Position numbers and translations under genes: made by a program | Notes under the pieces: model-generated | Told to the model about the DNA's origin: nothing | The model's input: only the letters and a program-made list of their open reading frames with translations | The model's database searches: none | Assembly: GCA_965267575.1 (NCBI GenBank) | Contig: OZ254086.1 | Coordinates: forward strand, 2,784,001 to 2,848,000 | DNA: 64,000 bases | Source of the DNA: Calditrichales bacterium | Lineage (GTDB): Bacteria > Calditrichota > Calditrichia > Calditrichales > J004 | Reading direction: 5' to 3' | Part shown: positions 47,590 through 57,184 of the stretch, in pieces | Numbering within the stretch: position 1 is the first letter of the stretch | Layout: each line of letters starts with the position of its first letter

Positions 47590-49264
47590 CTGAAACCTCC
47601 GCGATTTTTACAGGCTGCGAGATGCCCTTAAAGTTCATCAGCAGAATGTTGTTAACCTTCACGTTCACATCCAGGCTGTCCAGGATGCTTTTGGGGATAA
47701 GTATCTGTCCGGCCCGCGCACTGCTGCAGAGCCTTGCGCCCAGGTTGACCGTCGCGCCGATGGCCGTATAATCCATGCGCGCTTCCGCACCCATATTTCC
47801 GAGAATGACCGGACCGTGATTAATACCAATGCCCACATGGATTGGCGCCGGGTCGGTTTTGTGTTCTTCGATTACCCGTTTCTGAATTTCCAGGGCGCAA
47901 TTCAATGCCCGTTCTGTGGATTGCTCCCCGATAAACAAGGCAAACATTTCATCCCCGACAAACTTATCCACCGAGCCGCCAAAACGATCGACTATTTCCG
48001 CCTGGAAGCCCAGGTAGCGGTTGAGCATGTTAACCACCTCTTCCGGGCTGCGGCTTTCGCTGTATTGCGTAAAACCACGTACGTCGCTGAACAGAACGGT
48101 CAGCTCCTGGCGCATGCCACCCAGAGCCACTTCGCGGCCGGCGCTTTTCTTTACCATGTCCAGCGTGTGGGCGCCGACATATTTCATCAGGTGTAGCCGT
48201 TCACGCAGGCCGCCTATCATTTCGTTGAATGTTTGCGTCAGCAGGCCGATTTCATCTTTGGTTTTAGGCTCCACGTTTACATCGAGGTTACCGGCCTTTA
48301 CTTCGTTCATGCCCTGTACCAAACGCAGCACGGGCCGCGAAAAGTTTTTGCCCAGCAGGTAAGCCAGCAGGAAAGTGATCAGCAGAAAGATGGCCGCGGT
48401 GATAAGGATGTTTTGCTGGATGGCGTGCAAAATGCTGAGCTCCGTGGAAACGGGCACCGTAGCCAGGTAGTAGGCGCGTTCCCCGATACCCAGCGGGCTA
48501 AAGAAAGCAAAGTGCTCCACACCTTTAATATCGATGCGCAGGGTCGGACTGGGAATATGATAGGTGAGCACGGAATCGACCACGGCCTGGTAATCGCGGA
48601 CGGCCCGTTGAACGCCGGATGTGGCAATATTGGGAAAGCTGGCGCCGATTAAGCGGTCATTATAAAAAAAGCTGATATCTATGTTGGATTCGCCTTTCAG
48701 GTTGCGGGCTTCCACTGAGGTGAAGCGCGCGCCCAGGCTCAGGCTGCCAATGATCGAATCGAATGCATAGACGGGCAGGGTAACTACCTGGTAGAGGTTG
48801 GCGCCAATGCCCCACAGCTCCGGCCATTCGATGGTCGTGTCCGGTTCTACGCCATTGAGGGCGTTAAAGACCGTGGCGCGGTCGGAGATGTCATCCCCGA
48901 AACTTTCCGGATCGCGCAGCCGCGCCAACACGTTCCCTTCGCGGTCGGTCACGATGAACAGGTCCACTTTGGCAAACTGTCCGAATTCCAGCACGCTGAA
49001 ATAGACGGAGGGCGGATCCTGCAATTGCACGTTGGCTTTAAAAGTGCTGTTTTCACCAATCAGGTAGCACGACTCCACAAGGCGATCGTAAATAAGCCGT
49101 TGCTGTTCCGTGAAAATACGCTGCGTGTTCTGGAAGTCGGCAATGATTTTGGATTCGATGCGATCGGTAAGTGTGCGCGTTATGGTCAGAAGCAGGCCGG
49201 TCAGAATAATGGCGGTCAGTCCGGCCAGCGCGATGATCAGCTTGGTTTGTATGTTCAGGCGCAT
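47582..49264 (-). CDS. Membrane class III adenylate cyclase (periplasmic Cache-like sensor, HAMP)
   Basis: Two TM, HAMP DEIGLL..FNEM, LFSDVRGFT, VDKFVGD and YTAIGATVNLGARL (Lys/Thr, ATP-specifying). Confidence 0.92.
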   Translation of the reverse strand: MRLNIQTKLIIALAGLTAIILTGLLLTITRTLTDRIESKIIADFQNTQRIFTEQQRLIYDRLVESCYLIGENSTFKANVQLQDPPSVYFSVLEFGQFAKVDLFIVTDREGNVLARLRDPESFGDDISDRATVFNALNGVEPDTTIEWPELWGIGANLYQVVTLPVYAFDSIIGSLSLGARFTSVEARNLKGESNIDISFFYNDRLIGASFPNIATSGVQRAVRDYQAVVDSVLTYHIPSPTLRIDIKGVEHFAFFSPLGIGERAYYLATVPVSTELSILHAIQQNILITAAIFLLITFLLAYLLGKNFSRPVLRLVQGMNEVKAGNLDVNVEPKTKDEIGLLTQTFNEMIGGLRERLHLMKYVGAHTLDMVKKSAGREVALGGMRQELTVLFSDVRGFTQYSESRSPEEVVNMLNRYLGFQAEIVDRFGGSVDKFVGDEMFALFIGEQSTERALNCALEIQKRVIEEHKTDPAPIHVGIGINHGPVILGNMGAEARMDYTAIGATVNLGARLCSSARAGQILIPKSILDSLDVNVKVNNILLMNFKGISQPVKIAEVSGE

Positions 49265-49268
49265 GGGC

Positions 49269-49958
49269 TCAGCGGGTTAGAGTGAAACTTTGTTCTTGCT
49301 TGTCGCCATCCTCAAGCGTGGTCTCGTTGCTTACGGTTGGCAGATCGGGGTGATAAACCTCAATGCGGTAACGCCCCGGCGGCAGGTCATCCAGCAGGTA
49401 AACGCCGTTGCGGTTTGCTCGTGTGAAGTAGGGCGTTTCCAGGCTAAGAATGGTGGCGTTCATCTGGCTGTGAATGTCGCAAAACAGCTTCACCTCGCCG
49501 GTCTTGTTGATGGTGCGGCTAACGACGGTATTGGTAGGCCGCCTGCCGATATTGAAATTGGCGCCCGGTGAGATGCTGAATACGTTATGATAAAAACGGT
49601 CCAGGTTGATAAATTCGACGCGCGTCCCGGGCGTAACCGGCAACACATGCGGAATAAAAGTAGCGTTTTTCTGCAGCACCCGCGCCTTTTCCAGCGGCTT
49701 TATCTCCGGCTTAAAAGAAAGCGGGTAAGCGGCAATGATGACATCCTCCAGAGGGTTGCGATCGTTCTGCTCGCTTTTAGGCGTTTTCTGTGCGGCGGCA
49801 AGACGGTTGCGGTAGATACGGCCGCGAAAGGTGCGTTGCTTTTTCTCCACGGCAGGAAGGAAAATGCGCCCGTAAACGGCGGCTTCCTGCGCCTCGGCAT
49901 AACTGATGTGGCTGAAAAAAAAGAACAGGGCAAGGAAAGCGCTGATAGTAGTTTTCAT
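49269..49958 (-). CDS. Exported cupredoxin-like protein with carboxypeptidase-regulatory-like domain
   Basis: Q.N..F.PHVL, V.F.N.D...HNVFS and FCDIHSQM (His/Cys/His/Met type-1 Cu set); LPPGRY. Confidence 0.82.
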   Translation of the reverse strand: MKTTISAFLALFFFFSHISYAEAQEAAVYGRIFLPAVEKKQRTFRGRIYRNRLAAAQKTPKSEQNDRNPLEDVIIAAYPLSFKPEIKPLEKARVLQKNATFIPHVLPVTPGTRVEFINLDRFYHNVFSISPGANFNIGRRPTNTVVSRTINKTGEVKLFCDIHSQMNATILSLETPYFTRANRNGVYLLDDLPPGRYRIEVYHPDLPTVSNETTLEDGDKQEQSFTLTR

Positions 49959-50130
49959 GATTCTCCGTAACAAGCTGATAAACTGCAGATGCAAAAAGAA
50001 TTGCGCCTAAAATAAGAAATATACGTATGTGTGCAATAGCGCGGGACAAGGCTGATTTTTTTGCGCCTGGTAGAACTAATCGGCTATGTTACCGTAATCA
50101 CGGCCAAACAAAACTATTACGGAGACTCTG

Positions 50131-52497
50131 ATGACCCGGCTGATAGCTGCTCTTGCCCTGATCCCCCTGATGCTCTTTTCACAAAGCCAAACCGTACGCG
50201 GCACCGTAAGCGACGGCAGCACCGGCGAGCCCCTGCCCGCCGCCAACCTGCAAATTGAAGGCACCTACCGCGGAACGATCACCAACAATTATGGCGAGTT
50301 TTTGCTGGAAGTGGAATCGTTTCCAACAACACTTATAGTCAGTTTTATCGGTTATGAACGAAAAAATATAGAGCTACAAAGCGCTCCTTCTGAGCCGCTT
50401 AAAATTGCCCTGACGCCGGTTATCCTGGAAACGGAGCCGATCGTGGTTACGGCGGAAGACCCCGGCATGGGCATCATGCGCAAAGTGATTGAACGCAAGC
50501 GCCTCTGGTACGACAGCCTTAAGACCTATTCCGTGGAAGCTTACAACCGCATCACGCTGGCCAATGACAGCGCTGTCGTTTCCGTCATGGAGACACTCAC
50601 CGAAAAGTTCTGGCACCATGAGAAGGGCCCGCGTGAAGTGATCAAGGCTAAGAAGCAAACTGTGAACGTATCACGCGACAACAACTTCGCTTTCAGTGTC
50701 GATTTTCCCAATTTTTACGATGATGATGTGCCGATACAGGGTTTTGACGTGGTTGGTCCCACCCATCCCGACGCTTTCGATTATTATGAATTTAAGCTGA
50801 TTGACCGCAAAGGCTTTGACGGCGATACGGTTTACGTGATCGAGGTGCGGCCGGTCGCGTTGCTAAATCCTACCTTTGTGGGCACCGTTTCCGTGCTGGA
50901 CAGCGTGTGGGCGTTGCTGGCGGTAGACCTCAAACCCAACCCGGAAACGATCGTTTTTCCGCCGCCGTTTGAGCGCTGGGATGTGGCCTATAAGCAGCAG
51001 TTCAACAACTTTGGCCGCGAATTCTGGCTGCCGGTGGATATCCGCAATGACGGGGAGATCAAGATATCTTTGCCCGGCCTGGAATTTCCGCTGATAAAAT
51101 ACCAACGCAGCTCGCGCCTTACCGACTACCGTATAAATATCAATTTGCCGGATTCGCTTTATGACGACGGTGGCCGCATTGTGCGCGAAGATTCACTGGC
51201 CATTGAGGCTGATACGGTGCTGGCCAAAAGGATCGATGTGATCCCGTTGACGCGCGAGGAAGAGGTGGCCTACAGCGAGCTGGACAGTACGGATACTTTC
51301 GAAAAAGCATTCAAACCGAGCGGAATGCTTACGCGCTTTATGGAAATTGAGGCAGACGGCAACCCCGATACGACGCAAGGTTTTTTTGACTGGTTTACCC
51401 CCGATCTGGGCTATAACCGTGTGGAAGAAGCGCGCCTGGGCCTCACCTTTGAGCACACCTTTTTTAAGCGCCTGGATTTTTCCCTGAACGGACATTACGC
51501 GACGGGCCTGCAGCGCGGCGGCTGGCAGGGTGAACTGGCCTGGCGCCTGCCTGGCAAAAAAAGGTCTGTTGCAGTGGCATTAGAAGCCGGCGAACGGGTT
51601 AAGGAAAACTGGCGCAGCCCCAATTACCATCCCTTGCTTGTTAGCGGCATGTATCTGTTGGGTTTGCCGGACTATTACGATTACCACATTAACAGCTTTG
51701 AGAAAATAAGCCTGCATTTAGGACGGAAAAACTGGATGCCCGAGCTGATCATGTGGTTGATGAATGAGCGCCAAACATCCGCTTCACCGCGGCGGCTGGC
51801 TGATTTCAGCCTGCAATTTAAGGAGCGCGATCCACGAATCAATCCGGCGGTGCAGGAAACCTTTCTGCGCAGCGCCGGCTGGTCATTGGAGTTTGGCGGC
51901 GATTATGTGCCCTTCGGGATTGCCGCATTGAGCAGGCTGTATGTACAGGGGGAGCACAGCCTTTCCGCCCTGGACAGCGACTATGATTATAATATGTATC
52001 ACCTTGAAGCGGACTGGTATATCGATACGTTTTTACAAAGGCGCATTTTTCCCAACCGGCTCAATGTGCGGCTGGTGGCCGGAACACAAGGAGGGACGAC
52101 ACCGCAACAAAAGCTGGGTGCGCTGGATCCTGCCTACGGGGCATTCAGCCCGTTTGGTGTTTTCCGCGCCCGCCGTGATGTGCCTTACCTGGGTGAAAAA
52201 TATGCGGCGCTGTTCTGGGAACACAACTTTCGCAGCGTGCCGTTTGAGCTGATCGGTTGGCGTTGGCCGGTAAAAAAATCGATTGGCATTATTTTGCATG
52301 GCGGTCATGGCCGCAGCTGGCTAAGCGATGCCAAAAAAGCTACCCTAAGCTATGGCAGGGCCGCCGTCCCTGAAGATTGGCATCACGAAATCGGGCTTTC
52401 CGTTAACGGGTTGTTTGGCATTCTCAGGTTGGATGTAACGCAAAGGCTGGACAGACAGGTGACCTATCTCGGACTGGGTCTTTTCCGCTGGTTCTAA
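50131..52497 (+). CDS. DUF5686-type outer-membrane protein with N-terminal carboxypeptidase-like regulatory domain
   Basis: VRGTVSD..TGEPLP.AN...GTITN..G.F and SFIGYE; C-terminal barrel ending in F. Confidence 0.8.
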   Translation: MTRLIAALALIPLMLFSQSQTVRGTVSDGSTGEPLPAANLQIEGTYRGTITNNYGEFLLEVESFPTTLIVSFIGYERKNIELQSAPSEPLKIALTPVILETEPIVVTAEDPGMGIMRKVIERKRLWYDSLKTYSVEAYNRITLANDSAVVSVMETLTEKFWHHEKGPREVIKAKKQTVNVSRDNNFAFSVDFPNFYDDDVPIQGFDVVGPTHPDAFDYYEFKLIDRKGFDGDTVYVIEVRPVALLNPTFVGTVSVLDSVWALLAVDLKPNPETIVFPPPFERWDVAYKQQFNNFGREFWLPVDIRNDGEIKISLPGLEFPLIKYQRSSRLTDYRININLPDSLYDDGGRIVREDSLAIEADTVLAKRIDVIPLTREEEVAYSELDSTDTFEKAFKPSGMLTRFMEIEADGNPDTTQGFFDWFTPDLGYNRVEEARLGLTFEHTFFKRLDFSLNGHYATGLQRGGWQGELAWRLPGKKRSVAVALEAGERVKENWRSPNYHPLLVSGMYLLGLPDYYDYHINSFEKISLHLGRKNWMPELIMWLMNERQTSASPRRLADFSLQFKERDPRINPAVQETFLRSAGWSLEFGGDYVPFGIAALSRLYVQGEHSLSALDSDYDYNMYHLEADWYIDTFLQRRIFPNRLNVRLVAGTQGGTTPQQKLGALDPAYGAFSPFGVFRARRDVPYLGEKYAALFWEHNFRSVPFELIGWRWPVKKSIGIILHGGHGRSWLSDAKKATLSYGRAAVPEDWHHEIGLSVNGLFGILRLDVTQRLDRQVTYLGLGLFRWF

Positions 52498-52548
52498 AGA
52501 TTTAAAAGAATTGAAATATCTTTTTGTGGCGCACTGTTGTAAAGCGCC

Positions 52549-54012
52549 ATGAAAAATGGAAAAACGATTATCGTCTGGCTTCGCAACGACTTGCGGCTGC
52601 GCGACAATGAAGCACTGTGGCGGGCAACGCAGGACGCGGAGTATGTTATCCCGCTTTACATTTTTGACCCCTTCTGGTACGGAAAAACCTCATTCGGCTT
52701 CCCCAAAACCGGTTCTTTTAGGGCGCAGTTCATCCGCGAATCGATGGAGGCGTTGCAGCGATCGTTACGCGGGCTGGGCGCGGACCTGATTGTGCGCGTC
52801 GGTGACAGTGCCACGGTTCTGGCGGATCTGGCCGCCCGGTTTCAAGCTGATGCCGTCTATTTCCACAGCGAAGTTACAAGCGAAGAAACCAAAATGGAGC
52901 AACGTCTGGAAGAGTTGCTGCAGGGCCGGGAGACTTCCCTGCAACGGTTCTGGGGGCACACTCTTTTTCACATAGATGATTTGCCTTTTTCTCCGGATGA
53001 CATTCCGCAAGTATTTACTGCTTTTCGAAAGAGTGTCGAAAAGGAAAGCGACATTCGCGCTGAATTTCCGGCTGTTAGCCGTTTCAAACTGCCGCCCGGA
53101 ATTAAAGGCGAAACCATCCCGGGTCTTGAACGCTGGGGCCTGCAGCCGCCGCCAGAAGATGACCGGGCCGCCTACCGCTTCCGCGGGGGAGAGCAGGCCG
53201 CATGGCAGCGCGTTGAAGAATACTTCTGGGCACACGACAGCCTCAAGGATTACAAAAACCGGCGCAACGAATTGCTGGGAGAAGATTACTCCTCGAAGCT
53301 TTCGCCGTGGCTGGCAACGGGGGCCGTTTCTACCCGCTCCCTTTTTTATGAGATAGTCCGCTACGAAGATTTACGGCACAAAAATATTTCAACATACTGG
53401 CTTATCTTTGAACTTATCTGGCGCGACTTTTTCCGCTTTACCGCCCGGCAATACGGTGATCGTCTGTTTGCTTTACCGGGGATTACGGACAAAAAAGGAG
53501 GGTGGCGCTATGACCGTGAACAATTTGACCGATGGGCAAACAGCACAACCGGTTTTCCATTTATAGATGCCAATATGCGTGAGCTGAATAAAACAGGCTT
53601 TATGTCCAACCGCGGCCGCCAGAATGTGGCCAGTTTCCTTGCGCACAACCTGCATATCGACTGGCGCATGGGTGCAGAGTATTTTGAAAGTTTGCTGATC
53701 GACTATGATGTATGCAGCAACTGGGGCAACTGGGGTTATGTGGCTGGCGTAGGCAATGATCCGCGCAGCCGCTATTTCGATATTATCAAACAGGCCTACG
53801 AATACGATCCGCATAGCAGCTATGTGCGCCACTGGCTGCCGGAGCTGAAAAACGTACCCAATGGCGGCGCCCAGGAAGTGTGGCGCCTGGCGCCGGAGAT
53901 ACGGGACAAAGCCGGTGTTGTTCTTGGTAAGAGCTATCCGCGGCCCATGATCAATCTCGAAGAATCTTATGAACAGATACGGCGGCGCATGTTTGATGAG
54001 GAAAAGGGTTAA
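52549..54012 (+). CDS. Cryptochrome DASH
   Basis: [47 protein letters not shown] and GVGNDPR. Confidence 0.92.
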   Translation: MKNGKTIIVWLRNDLRLRDNEALWRATQDAEYVIPLYIFDPFWYGKTSFGFPKTGSFRAQFIRESMEALQRSLRGLGADLIVRVGDSATVLADLAARFQADAVYFHSEVTSEETKMEQRLEELLQGRETSLQRFWGHTLFHIDDLPFSPDDIPQVFTAFRKSVEKESDIRAEFPAVSRFKLPPGIKGETIPGLERWGLQPPPEDDRAAYRFRGGEQAAWQRVEEYFWAHDSLKDYKNRRNELLGEDYSSKLSPWLATGAVSTRSLFYEIVRYEDLRHKNISTYWLIFELIWRDFFRFTARQYGDRLFALPGITDKKGGWRYDREQFDRWANSTTGFPFIDANMRELNKTGFMSNRGRQNVASFLAHNLHIDWRMGAEYFESLLIDYDVCSNWGNWGYVAGVGNDPRSRYFDIIKQAYEYDPHSSYVRHWLPELKNVPNGGAQEVWRLAPEIRDKAGVVLGKSYPRPMINLEESYEQIRRRMFDEEKG

Positions 54013-54133
54013 AAAAGGCAACCTGCCTGCGAAGGTTTGTCCTGTTTGTAAACGGACTTTTACCTGGCGCAAGAAATGGCGCAAAGACTGGGAAAACGTA
54101 CGCTATTGCAGCAATCGCTGTCGCCGCGCGTAA
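53996..54133 (+). CDS. DUF2256 small Cys4 protein (absent from the ORF track)
   Basis: Hand translation [45 protein letters not shown]; overlaps the cryptochrome stop. Confidence 0.9.
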   Translation: MRKRVKKGNLPAKVCPVCKRTFTWRKKWRKDWENVRYCSNRCRRA

Positions 54134-54135
54134 AT

Positions 54136-54161
54136 AAAAAACCCCGCCGGGGCGGGGTTTT
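54136..54161. terminator. Bidirectional terminator
   Basis: AAAAACCCCGCC-G-GGGCGGGGTTTT between convergent genes. Confidence 0.75.
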
Positions 54162-54178
54162 GGGGGCTAGGGAGGTTT

Positions 54179-54745
54179 TTATGCGGTTTGTGGTAAGTAG
54201 CCGTTTTGGCGTGCATAATCCTTTAACACGCGGTGTAATAATTTGCGTCCTCGGTGCAGGCGTGACATAACAGTTCCGATCGGTATATTCACGATGTTGG
54301 CGATTTCCTTGTAGGAAAAACCTTCTATATCATACAACAAAACGATAATCCGGAATGGATAAGGCAGGTTTTCGAGGGCCGCTTTTACTTCGTCGCCGAA
54401 GTGCTCGTCGGCAAAATCACCGTTGAGGTTTTCATCAGTAAGCTGTTCTTCTTCCACTTTCTTATACAAGTAGAACTCTTCCATATCATCATAGCTTACT
54501 TTCTGCGGCCTGCGCACATTACGACGATAAGCCGTAATAAAAGTATTTACCAGAATACGAAATACCCACGCGCGGAAATTGGTACCTTTTTGGTATTGAT
54601 GCAGAGCGCGGAATGCTTTGAATAAAGTCTCCTGAACCAGATCTTCCATGTCCAGTTTGTTGCGCGTCATCCTGTACGCTGTGCTGTATAAAGACTTCAT
54701 GTGAGGCTCGATAAGGGTTGAAAACTCTGTTTGACGCGAACTCAT
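54179..54745 (-). CDS. ECF sigma factor, SigR/SigH-like
   Basis: DLVQETLFKAF...GTNFRAW.FRIL.NTFI..YR and EGFSYKEIA...PIGTVMSRLHRGRK; AAGGAG RBS. Confidence 0.92.
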   Translation of the reverse strand: MSSRQTEFSTLIEPHMKSLYSTAYRMTRNKLDMEDLVQETLFKAFRALHQYQKGTNFRAWVFRILVNTFITAYRRNVRRPQKVSYDDMEEFYLYKKVEEEQLTDENLNGDFADEHFGDEVKAALENLPYPFRIIVLLYDIEGFSYKEIANIVNIPIGTVMSRLHRGRKLLHRVLKDYARQNGYLPQTA

Positions 54746-54787
54746 GATCGTGCTCCTTTGGGGTGATCGTTTATTGTTGACAGCCGC

Positions 54788-54816
54788 ATTATACATCATT
54801 GTATAATATTTGTCAA
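54788..54816 (-). promoter_or_regulatory. Consensus sigma-70 promoter of the ECF gene overlapped by CarH-like repeats
   Basis: Minus strand TTGACA(54816-54811)-17 bp-TATAAT(54793-54788); TTGACA and TATACA are 11 bp apart. Confidence 0.75.
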
Positions 54817-54897
54817 GGAAAAAAGTAAATAAAACTATACATAGCTCCGTTTTAGTCTATACATAACATATAAATAAATAAAAATACAATATTTATG

Positions 54898-54926
54898 TTG
54901 ACAAAAATTATACAGTAGGTTATATT
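54898..54926 (+). promoter_or_regulatory. Sigma-70 promoter of carH overlapped by CarH-like repeats
   Basis: TTGACA(54898)-17 bp-TATATT(54921); TATACA at 54909 lies 11 bp after TTGACA. Confidence 0.65.
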
Positions 54927-54933
54927 GCCCCTC

Positions 54934-55902
54934 ATGAGCGAAAAACTTTATCCAATTAAATATGTTGCGCGGGAAACCGGTTTAACGCCTTTGGTAATAC
55001 GGGCGTGGGAAAGGCGCTACAATGCGGTTGTCCCGCAGCGTACCGATACAAACCGACGCCTGTACAGTGAAGGTGATATTATGAGGCTGAAGCTTCTGGC
55101 CCGTGCCGTAGACAGCGGTATTAATATCGGGGCGGTTGCTGACAAGGAGAATCAGCGCATTATGGAGATGATTCAGCCGTCTGCCGTTGAAAGCATAACA
55201 AACGAATCCACAACGCCGGACAACGAGCAACAAAATTCCCTGGCCTCGTTTGCCGCAGGGCAGACCGGCAGTCAGTATTTCCGGCAAGCGCTGGACGCCG
55301 TAACCGCTCTCGACGGTCAAAAGCTTGAAAATATTTTAATGAGGGCATCGGTTCAGTTATCCAAGCATGCCATAATTGAAGATGTGATCGTACCACTGAT
55401 GCACAAAATTGGTGACCTGTGGGAAGAGGGACAGTTGCGCATTATAAATGAGCATCTGGCCACAGCAGTGGTGCGGTCTTTTTTAGGTAACATGCGCGGG
55501 GCGTTTAGTGTCGATGATACCGCGCCTTCCGTGTTGGTTACTACACCGCAGGGTCAATTGCACGAATTGGGTGCGTTGTTGACCGCGGCGGCCGCCAACG
55601 AAGAAGGCTGGAAATGCACCTATCTTGGACCAAACATACCATCAGAGGAAATCATTGCTGCCGCAGAACACATCAAACCCCGTGTACTCTCACTCAGCAT
55701 CGTTCACCCCGCCGATGACCCGCGCCTGCCCCACGACCTTGAAAAAATGAAAATGTTTCTCCCGAAAGACATCAGGATTATTGTAGGTGGCCGCGCCGCG
55801 GAAGCCTACGTGGCGGTCCTAAAGAAAATAAATGCCGAGTATCTTCCCGATATCCGCGCCTTTCGCCGCCGTCTGCAGGAACTGCGCTACAATAAACACT
55901 AA
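54934..55902 (+). CDS. carH: MerR-family B12-dependent photoreceptor/repressor CarH/LitR
   Basis: MerR HTH (IRAWERRY..V.P.RT....RLYS); W-x9-EH (WEEGQLRIINEH); B12 motif QLHELG; YLGPNIP. Confidence 0.88.
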   Translation: MSEKLYPIKYVARETGLTPLVIRAWERRYNAVVPQRTDTNRRLYSEGDIMRLKLLARAVDSGINIGAVADKENQRIMEMIQPSAVESITNESTTPDNEQQNSLASFAAGQTGSQYFRQALDAVTALDGQKLENILMRASVQLSKHAIIEDVIVPLMHKIGDLWEEGQLRIINEHLATAVVRSFLGNMRGAFSVDDTAPSVLVTTPQGQLHELGALLTAAAANEEGWKCTYLGPNIPSEEIIAAAEHIKPRVLSLSIVHPADDPRLPHDLEKMKMFLPKDIRIIVGGRAAEAYVAVLKKINAEYLPDIRAFRRRLQELRYNKH

Positions 55903-56074
55903 AGACGAGCATAGCGCTCTGAAACTTCTGCCTTATATCTTCCCGCCACGATTTTGATACTTCCCGTTTAATACACAATATGTAATTCCCGTCACGCAAT
56001 AATTTTTGCGCCGAATCTTTTTTTGAATAAGTTTGTTTAGATATCGAATTAACCTCATAGCGGAGTTGTTTTTG

Positions 56075-57184
56075 ATGAGAAAGATTTTCTTAGTGCTGAT
56101 GCTGGCCGTCGGCCTCGCGGCTGCACAAAATGCCGTAATGAAAACCGTAGAAAAGTTAAACGCGGTCGACGAATCTCCTGTTGTTGGCTGGACACAGAGC
56201 GGTGAATCGGTGCATGATATCGAAATGCCCGGCCAAAACGGTTTCTGGCAGTTCCACGACGGTGTGGCGCCGGTGCGGGTAAATATCTCCGCGGAGCGCG
56301 ACCCGCTGCTGGAAGTATCCTGGCAAGCTAAGGGCAGGGAAGCACGCTTCAGCGACCGCTGGCAGTACGATATGGCTATGCCGTTATTCAAACCCTCTGC
56401 TGATGGGACGCTCATGATGAGCATTGATATCGGAAATCGTTTAAGGTTGATTGACAGCGATGGAACGATCCGAAGCTCTTTTGCAATCGTGGAAGAGTAT
56501 AAATATGACAGCGAAAACATCGTGATGGCGGCTGCCGACAGCGATTTAAAGACCATCCTTACAGGCGTGACCCAGTTTGAAGATGGGCGTCCGTTTACCA
56601 CACTTACACTGCGTACCCGTGAAAATGAAATTCTCCTATCAAGAACGTTTGACGGGCACTACCTGCGTTCACTGGAACTGACCGATGACGGCGCATTATG
56701 GGGTGCATGTGTTTACACAGCCGAGCCGTTCATTTTTAATACCTTCGCTGCCGACCGGCAGGGCAATATCCTGGCGCAATCGCAGCAGCGCAGCCGGCGC
56801 ATACTTTTTTCTGATGATGGCCGGACGGTCTTTTTTGATAAGAATGCCCTGCAGGTCTTTAACTTGCAGAGCGGGCAGCAAACCGGCAGCTACCGCCTAG
56901 ACAATCCGCAAAAAATTATTACCGACGCCGCTTTTGACGCGGAGAGCCGCACGCTCGTTGTACAAGAATCCGCCGTACTGCGCAATACGGGTAGCAAAAC
57001 GTATCCCTGGAAATTCAGTGATATTGTTTTAACGGCGCTTGATCAGAGGGCGAGTACAATCGCTCAACAGAAAATGAAGGAAATCACCGTTTTGCAGCCG
57101 TCCTTGTGGTACGACGGCGAAAAGCAGGCCTTTTTTCTAGGCCATACAGAGGGCGCGGAATGGCTGCGCATGGAGGTGCAATAA
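56075..57184 (+). CDS. Secreted hypothetical protein, possible beta-propeller
   Basis: Signal peptide; recurring S.DG turns; stop overlaps the next start. Confidence 0.7.
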   Translation: MRKIFLVLMLAVGLAAAQNAVMKTVEKLNAVDESPVVGWTQSGESVHDIEMPGQNGFWQFHDGVAPVRVNISAERDPLLEVSWQAKGREARFSDRWQYDMAMPLFKPSADGTLMMSIDIGNRLRLIDSDGTIRSSFAIVEEYKYDSENIVMAAADSDLKTILTGVTQFEDGRPFTTLTLRTRENEILLSRTFDGHYLRSLELTDDGALWGACVYTAEPFIFNTFAADRQGNILAQSQQRSRRILFSDDGRTVFFDKNALQVFNLQSGQQTGSYRLDNPQKIITDAAFDAESRTLVVQESAVLRNTGSKTYPWKFSDIVLTALDQRASTIAQQKMKEITVLQPSLWYDGEKQAFFLGHTEGAEWLRMEVQ

